Positions 59,101-64,000 of a stretch of DNA of 64,000 bases are shown in pieces. The stretch spans positions 1-64,000 of IMG/VR virus record IMGVR_UViG_3300030329_003230. One strand, 5' to 3'. Position 1 is the stretch's first letter. Each line of letters starts with the position of its first letter. The notes below the pieces were generated by a model. The model saw nothing but the letters and a program-made list of their open reading frames with translations. It did no database searches and was not told the DNA's origin. The position numbers were made by a program, and so were the translations under genes. Source of the DNA: a virus.

Positions 59101-62100
59101 TACACCATCAAAGGAAGCACCACTTTCATCTCCCAATTTACAATAATATTTGGTTTCATTTTTATGAATAGAAGAAACATCATTTATGTAAAATCCTCTA
59201 GTTTTAGTATCTAACGATTTAAGTGAAGTGGAATTATTATTATATGATGTTCCTACTAAATCTTCACCAATAGCAGTATTTGCTGAACTAGTTCCATGTA
59301 TTCCCATAGTTATACTATTACCAGAAGTAAATACTACTCCCTTACCCGATGCTCCTCTTAAATTACTAAATGTATTTTCAGCACCAACATCTGATGAAAG
59401 TGCTTTACCTAAAAACCAATTATTAGGATAACTTTCAGTACTAGTATTATCATAAGGTTTGATGTATAAAACAGGACCAGATTCAACATTGATTGTTATT
59501 TCAGCAGAAGCAGTTGCTGCTTGAGAAATAGTAATAGTATTAGCATCTGTTATACCTGTAATAGTAGTTCCTGAAGGTATTCCACTTCCACTAATATTCA
59601 TTCCTACTTTTAATTCAGTAGTCGCATTTATTGCGATGCTATCTATAGTAGTATTACTATTAGTATCCGCTATAAAGGAACCCATTACTGTTAATGCGCC
59701 GGTTTTTAATTCTAAATTAGCAAGATTTTGCTTCGCACATTCCCCAAGGAATTTATTATCTGAAGTGAATAACCACCCATAATGAGTAGCTGTTCCTCCT
59801 CCAGTTGCAAACTCAAATTGTTTATCTCCAATATTAATAACTACATTTGGTGCTAATTTTGAGCCGCACTCTACTAAATTCATTACAGGACCTTGATTTG
59901 AATAAATATAATCTTCAGAATGAAGATAATTCTTGTTGACAACTGGACCTAATAATTTAGCCATTTTATCCATTCCTAAGAAAGTTAAAATTGGCTGTCT
60001 GTCTTGTGTTTCCGTATGAATTTCCTCTACTTCTCCTTCATGAACCGCCCTCTGAATTTTACATTGTCCTGAGAAGAAATCAAGATAATTACCAGCACCA
60101 GTAAACTGAGAATAAAGAACTTTATTTTCGTTCTGGAAATACACTACCCCGTTAGCCCTATCACCATAATCAATTAATAGTCTATCACCGGAATATTCTG
60201 CATCTCGTAATACCATCTCTAAATTATATATCCTCGCTCTAGTTTTAGATGTAGTAGTGTCATTTACTTTGTAAGTTGTAACAGCATGACTGACATCTAA
60301 ATCTGTATATGTTAAATCTGTATCAATTTCAAAATCTACTATTAAATTCTGACAAACACTAGACCATCTTCTTCTATATGCTGTAGCGGCAGTATAATTT
60401 GCCTGTAAATTACCTGAAGCATAAGCACCTAAAGCGTTAACTGCTCTATAAGAACCAACAGTGATAGTTTGGGAACCGCCTGAAGGCGCAGTAATAGCAG
60501 ATGGAATGTAAAAATAATCACCTAATTTGAATGATTCAAAAGTAGAACCATTCCTCAAAAGTGCTCTTAAATCTTGACCGTCTTTTAATTTAGTAACAGT
60601 TAGAGTACTACCACCACTACTACCCGCAAAACTTCCAAAAATAGCCGTGTCTTTTTCTTTAGTTATTTCAAGTTCAAATAAATCTTGATACACTTTGAAA
60701 GTGTCCTGTTCCTGAATTTTACTTGCTAAAATTTTCTTATGGTCTAACGCTTGAACTTTACATAAATTACCTACAGAGCCATACCCCTTTGATACACTTA
60801 TATCTAAAACTGTATTTACTATGTTAGTCTTAGTTGGTGAAATTTCATAATGTAGATAACGAGTAGGCCCATTGAAATTACCACTAGCGGCGGCACCACC
60901 AGAAGCATATAACCCATTACTACTTCTTTCACCATTAACCATAAAGGAGTGAGAAGAAGTTAAAGAACTAGTGTAAGAAGTAACTTTACCTCTTCCTCCC
61001 CCATCCATAATATTATTATTATATCTATCACTATCATATAATACATCAATTAACTGTGCTTGAGTATTATAAGGTCCAGTATCAACAATCTCTCTTTCGA
61101 AATCACGCCTTGTTCTAAATAACAAAGAAGAATGAGTAGGAGTTCCCCCTATTTCTTTAGATTGATTTAATTGGTATTTAGTTCCAGCATTTAATACATT
61201 CTTTTCATCTAATCTACTATTATAGAAATAAGTTGTGGGTCTAGAAAATTCTGTATATTTTAAATGTCTATTCTCAGAAGTATCTTGTATTAAACCATAA
61301 GCAACTGCTACTGTTTTCGTATCAGTGGTTAATGGACCTTTAAAAATTCTAAATTTAGTGTTAACTTCAATCTCATTTTCCATCGCTGGCTCAAATTCAA
61401 AGGCATCTCCACTATCATCAAAAGATAATAATTTAGTTATTTTAGCAAGATGATGTTTCTTAGCGTCATCGGAATGGACTAAAACAAAATAATCATTAGT
61501 AGTAATATCCATATTGCCATTATGTTCGTAGCCTGTCTCTATTGTGGTACTACCAGACCCTAATTTTATACCAATGTTAGCGGCGTTTTCCTGCCTATAA
61601 CAATGTATTCTATTTTCTCTTGTGGTACTAAGATTAGAAAAATGTAAAGTTATTGTATCTCCAGCGGTTGCATCATAAGGAGCATATACGTTCAATTGTT
61701 CATCTTCATCTTTAGTATTACTTACACCATTAACAGAAGCATCAGAAAGGTCAGCATCAAAAGTAAAGGTTTGATTAGCATTTGTGGCCGTTGTATCAGC
61801 ACTTAAAGTAAAACAAGTAGCGTTGTTAATAGAAGCAATGGTTGCTCCTGCCGGTACTCCTGTCCCTGTTACACTCATACCTACAGCCAATCTTGAAGTT
61901 GAACCCATTGTAATGTGACGTACATTATTAGTAGAACCATCAGATAATCCAGAGGTATGATTAGTATTACAAGTATCATCTGTAAATGAATTATCTATAC
62001 TTATTTCGTAGGAAGCAATACCTCCATTTGAAGGAGTAATTCCATTATCATAGAATACAGGATTTTTACTACTATTTGTATTACAATTAACTGGTGAAGA

Positions 62101-62166
62101 AGAAGCAAAGGTGTTAACTAATGTATCAGTTATTCTTACGCCAGAATTAAGAATATATTGCGTCAT
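53188..62166 (-). CDS. Giant (2992 aa) tail-tip/baseplate-hub adhesin-like protein
   Basis: S/T/N/G-rich beta content; C-terminal NDVVVYG...ESIKLKG...VKIADSVVV...ITGIDY hub-like region. Confidence 0.75.
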   Translation of the reverse strand: MTQYILNSGVRITDTLVNTFASSSPVNCNTNSSKNPVFYDNGITPSNGGIASYEISIDNSFTDDTCNTNHTSGLSDGSTNNVRHITMGSTSRLAVGMSVTGTGVPAGATIASINNATCFTLSADTTATNANQTFTFDADLSDASVNGVSNTKDEDEQLNVYAPYDATAGDTITLHFSNLSTTRENRIHCYRQENAANIGIKLGSGSTTIETGYEHNGNMDITTNDYFVLVHSDDAKKHHLAKITKLLSFDDSGDAFEFEPAMENEIEVNTKFRIFKGPLTTDTKTVAVAYGLIQDTSENRHLKYTEFSRPTTYFYNSRLDEKNVLNAGTKYQLNQSKEIGGTPTHSSLLFRTRRDFEREIVDTGPYNTQAQLIDVLYDSDRYNNNIMDGGGRGKVTSYTSSLTSSHSFMVNGERSSNGLYASGGAAASGNFNGPTRYLHYEISPTKTNIVNTVLDISVSKGYGSVGNLCKVQALDHKKILASKIQEQDTFKVYQDLFELEITKEKDTAIFGSFAGSSGGSTLTVTKLKDGQDLRALLRNGSTFESFKLGDYFYIPSAITAPSGGSQTITVGSYRAVNALGAYASGNLQANYTAATAYRRRWSSVCQNLIVDFEIDTDLTYTDLDVSHAVTTYKVNDTTTSKTRARIYNLEMVLRDAEYSGDRLLIDYGDRANGVVYFQNENKVLYSQFTGAGNYLDFFSGQCKIQRAVHEGEVEEIHTETQDRQPILTFLGMDKMAKLLGPVVNKNYLHSEDYIYSNQGPVMNLVECGSKLAPNVVINIGDKQFEFATGGGTATHYGWLFTSDNKFLGECAKQNLANLELKTGALTVMGSFIADTNSNTTIDSIAINATTELKVGMNISGSGIPSGTTITGITDANTITISQAATASAEITINVESGPVLYIKPYDNTSTESYPNNWFLGKALSSDVGAENTFSNLRGASGKGVVFTSGNSITMGIHGTSSANTAIGEDLVGTSYNNNSTSLKSLDTKTRGFYINDVSSIHKNETKYYCKLGDESGASFDGVNSYSPNSLSEYTIVSFNPNSDASTTIRVAPTFPVILGRVDQNPNETSNSVFADDSLTTIHAYCKGNRITGFLPSAMSDATLKRLLGPIYNTSGVYLGTGKRFFETHILDATADTSVVYYVIEMDRNIQDSMSGVTSIQVLGENNTDHLYLINTQGLPVGGIIAPIDSIKGSNISNAYKIPVPLTFFPYGGLYFKYTNLNRFKSGTLNRNPIKKINYIESSHNLNYSNTSSKVKGVAQLVKFYPGNRGGITIEESLTKELRTDYTKNYVHNSLMIKNLYPAPYERGTFGILGSNFGDYEKFYAETNTATTGSNSLLQDDDLMAPIYMIPKAGIPGSNTFSVGSFHYDETSGDASPHLPRHGYNSILEIRDMLQVSDPKSPTYFLFSISDILPESMRRDNHIGFLSDSVFTDYSLILKSHSPEKVGELKQDKYLGTIPRDEYLDTSQQTLDINSASITPNQIKRFGLMRLIEATYDFTFNPIDGENPPTVKESLYNSDIKHYYLNQPIDLPDNIDGTNLNNFQITAYTNSVSGTRMGYLTLDADPEASGSIDGHYLFTRFGELIGKANNYVTTHPISGASGHFIELHEGGASGTFHATSYIGPVYMASLASSGGSRVSTKLITRNTNALKNPQSPVYPDLDAATSSTDTATLALSLFGDNGDPSKINDFSWLNSDDKYKELDAVSNKFSPLLHQYVELSGNSHVGSTTTQRWIASPYNNYYFHGKTGFRNYNHIGVAALSKPYSIYEEIRRLQEPSLIRKGLISHSFQHPDFSTRASTTNGLPMIPTRPYDGTIQLILEDLGTNQSIYRNLSNNFFTLMQGSTLPITNMSKIVATVTGAQNDYITGIEGQAYPNLSANAQDLTHTMIRITGNDFIFLPRQNGYSGSDYIPLIDGMKINFLYPISTGAGTDNSQVWHSITGIKTCDATPTQSTRSASGGTIPQYGKMARITTTSSAMGSAITSITAGGTGYVTNDVVALILESDFTGSGGRTNNAKFNAVYRVTASGGAITRLDPINNAIYSGVSNFATDGGTGYSGSSLTYVACPVFVLSLDTSVTDNDLPAVNPTPNMLSGSVMPCYSFYYYNPKSGNRFREGTDFNTFASNKFPYYPLRMSNISMLDMGFFSTEFSTLTTPLTLGKYNDSYSATTANDSTITQKSYTAINKIKFNFLYDYISKNYSTGNITDVEWKNSPDGKKLVRIEIDTFDTSEPPQAAGNGFLNFVDLTGMYLVSEAGSYSGESKSSEALFDKNLSGTTSDSLTGSIDPAASTSVTGVGTQFLTELSVGDSITVSGETRIITGITSDTALTVDVAFSNNANDTTVAKISTKETISQNIGTDVSSNFFRNVEGITPDKIYYVVSHETQVKSQAEEPTGSGTQGRDNIIRHIIYIDGAYDSSLTDDVNIPKNTHFRIMKPAEICTYNFTPNNIETYVMSRKTSKKPYSNEMYGQINNSFNSNNTNNSIDSPFNEGLLSMYVTLDVDTDNSDYVVCRDKGNLFGSGKPFTNNTQYNVLKTDGEIRVEDTMLVKASTNSTELSFTNMQEAAGILSIGEIFEITTKDRITLSDIKSASIGVGVTVAPEIEDIVNNILKKEEIDYTKRSDITSVTETPKSYFMAPEFLGGESNLFSACSSILGNKDLELYVDNNTIEVSSSKDFERNTSIEIDEMNKDTQNIMLASKNKNTFELYNDVVVYGKDLKVRKRDLESIKLKGKRTLERIDRTISDKVQAEQLAQKLLRLHSSENIELKIETDRRGTELVKIADSVVVHYPSENIPRSNYMITGIDYSIDGVVKLTLSKYSKGLGQLLAENITEIKRLDRTFKEDIAETLNQDIDLFDELEIGEVTLQVHKITTSADMNYTGVAATVSSGDKISTTIDISSTFLAGANLYTNAGTNLGVIESVSSTQITLVTPLSVTLTKGDLLYCPADASTNLGFSSGALLGFSTTLGFTLSGGTATLSNKTLMLDLDLTKGKAFE

Positions 62167-64000
62167 TGATTTTTCACCTCTTCAAACCTATAATACAGTA
62201 ACGTGTCTCTCTTTCTTGGGGTTAAAGTGTAAAGAGTATCAAAGGTTTTTCTGGCTCCCTTTGTTATAGAAAAATCATGTAACTGGCCCATAAATTGAGT
62301 GTTTCTCGCTGTTAATCTATATGCATTTTCCCAAGGATTATGAGTAGATGGAATGTTATATTTATTCGCTAATTCCCCTTGAATAGTGTTCGCTTGAGTG
62401 TCAGTAAAATTAGCAGATTCTTTAATAATTATTACCGGCATATTAATTGTGGCCCCTGCTTCTGCTGATGGGTCATTAGTTTGACATCCAATTTGGTCCA
62501 TATTTAGAGTGCCTAAACCAGTAACATCTAATGTTTCGATTAAATTTCCATTATTATACAAATAAGCATCATTACCAGTTTTCTTTATTCTAATAATAAC
62601 ATAGTTAGAATCATCAGCAATTATTTCATTTGTACTTATTTTATTAGAACTATGAGGATGAGCGTATTCTCTAAAACCTATTTTTTTACCAGAAAATAAG
62701 ATTACATCATTCGCTGAACCAGATATATCACCACCTAATATAATCATATCAGAAGCAGTATATTTTGTAATGAGTATAATATCAAAATTAGTCCCTAAAT
62801 TAAATTGGGGATTACTACCATTAAAAACTAATAATCCAGCATCATTAAAATCAATAGTTGGATTACCATTTATTAAATTATTAAAATCTAATAATGGTAT
62901 ATCTGAACCATCTGAGGTTGCTTGTATAAGTGTGCCACCAGCACTACCTGAATTATTTATTCCTGCGAAAGTACCGTGAGCCTGTGTAAGTGGGCTTTCC
63001 CCTGAAGAATTATAACCGTCAGTATCAACCCACCAATCTGCATCTGTTTTTGTTACTGTTTGAGCAAGAGAAGCGTCTTGTCCAATATACGAATCAACTT
63101 GACCCCAATCAAATGTATCAGGATTAGCGTGAGTGTCTATTTGTGCTCTAATTCCATTAATGTAAATAGCCATATCACCAGTTGATTTATCAAAAGTAGC
63201 AGCGATGTGAAATATAGATTCAGCATATATTGCTTGTTTAGGTGCTTCAGTATAGACATTGCCAGAAACCCCACTATCAGGGATGTCCGCTGAAAAATTA
63301 ATCGTAGTTGATGATAAACTAGAAACAGTTCCAATTAACACTCCAGCACTTGTGTATAATTTTTGATTAACAGCAACATATTCTTCCGCAATATCACCAA
63401 CTGTAATTGCGGCATCAGCCGTACCACTTATGGCTAATTTAGTACTACCATCGTTAGTCACAGGAATATATTTCAATTCATCATTTGTAGCCGTATATAC
63501 CCCATCTGTTATGTTATAATATCCAGTAGTTCTTGGTGAAATTAAGGCAGAACTTTCTATTGTTTTTGTGCTACCAGTTGTTATTACTTTGAATACTATT
63601 TTGTAATCTGCTGGTTGATTATGATTAGTAGCAGCAGTAGTATTTTGTAAATATAACTGTACTTTAGAATTGGAGAATAACATCATTTTATGAGTACGCC
63701 TATCACTATAAGTAATGTAATTATAATCTTGATAGTTAGCAGGAGTACCGCTATCTTTAGTATATTGGTCTAAAGAAGGCATAACTTTCTTAGAAGAAAC
63801 AGCAGCAGCATAATTAGTAGTTAATGTAGATTTATTTCTTTCTTCCCCATATCCATTCACATCATATGGTGTAATTACAGTTTCAATAGTAAAGGAATCA
63901 TCGTGGTCCCAAAACCCTCTTACTTGAGAATCAAATGGAATTTTAATATAACCATTAGACATAACTGGAAACACAAGACCGTGTTTCTTTCCAACATAGG
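62163..64000 (-). CDS. LamG/concanavalin-A-domain tail protein, 5' end beyond the window
   Basis: SFTIETVI, FHIAATFD...IYING, FMGQLHDF; frame stays open to base 64000. Confidence 0.75.
   Translation of the reverse strand, partial: YVGKKHGLVFPVMSNGYIKIPFDSQVRGFWDHDDSFTIETVITPYDVNGYGEERNKSTLTTNYAAAVSSKKVMPSLDQYTKDSGTPANYQDYNYITYSDRRTHKMMLFSNSKVQLYLQNTTAATNHNQPADYKIVFKVITTGSTKTIESSALISPRTTGYYNITDGVYTATNDELKYIPVTNDGSTKLAISGTADAAITVGDIAEEYVAVNQKLYTSAGVLIGTVSSLSSTTINFSADIPDSGVSGNVYTEAPKQAIYAESIFHIAATFDKSTGDMAIYINGIRAQIDTHANPDTFDWGQVDSYIGQDASLAQTVTKTDADWWVDTDGYNSSGESPLTQAHGTFAGINNSGSAGGTLIQATSDGSDIPLLDFNNLINGNPTIDFNDAGLLVFNGSNPQFNLGTNFDIILITKYTASDMIILGGDISGSANDVILFSGKKIGFREYAHPHSSNKISTNEIIADDSNYVIIRIKKTGNDAYLYNNGNLIETLDVTGLGTLNMDQIGCQTNDPSAEAGATINMPVIIIKESANFTDTQANTIQGELANKYNIPSTHNPWENAYRLTARNTQFMGQLHDFSITKGARKTFDTLYTLTPRKRDTLLYYRFEEVKNQ

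Noticed and set aside
234-63334. Short antisense or nested ORFs in the track (e.g. 5581-5886, 38081-38647, 46044-46376, 55109-55405, 16894-17079)
   Set aside because: They shadow well-supported genes on the other strand or translate low-complexity DNA, with no RBS or motifs
50449-64000. Diversity-generating retroelement acting on tail genes
   Set aside because: No reverse transcriptase in the window and no template/variable repeat pair noticed
1-64000. Alternative genetic code
   Set aside because: Long conserved genes are intact in the standard code, all three stops are used, and neither tRNA is a suppressor

Overview
This 64-kb window looks like part of a large, AT-rich tailed dsDNA virus of an archaeal host, most similar in gene content to the 'magroviruses' of Marine Group II Euryarchaeota/Poseidoniales. 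That assignment is inferred from the archaeal-type replisome, TFB, a BHB-intron tRNA, a split PolB and a chaperonin; no search was run. Layout: (1) 1-11.7 kb, minus strand: packaging block with terL, a probable terS and about 10 unrelated ORFs sharing an N-terminal M-S-W-x-x-x-L-K tag. (2) 11.9-16.5 kb, plus strand: small-gene array with 11 copies of a palindromic CAAAGT-n-ACCATATGGT-n-ACTTTG element, most followed by a TATA-like box and a start site about 28 nt later; one unit appears to make a non-coding RNA. (3) 16.6-17.1 kb: AT-rich repeat region, a candidate origin. (4) 17.2-50.2 kb, plus strand: two tRNAs, DenV-like glycosylase, TFB, GroES/GroEL, ligase, RFC, RPA, Sak4-like ATPase, PCNA, split PolB, Cas4-like nuclease, primase, ERCC4 nuclease, helicase and exonuclease. 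(5) 50.4-64 kb, minus strand: tail genes including a 2992-aa protein. The most notable candidate system is a virus-encoded ubiquitin-like pathway: a Ubl ending GG-NC, an E1, a JAB peptidase and a possible E2-like protein. Other candidates are the MSW tag, an unannotated 33-aa double-PIP-box peptide and a bulged-hairpin RNA motif present three times. All protein calls are from motif recognition by eye.
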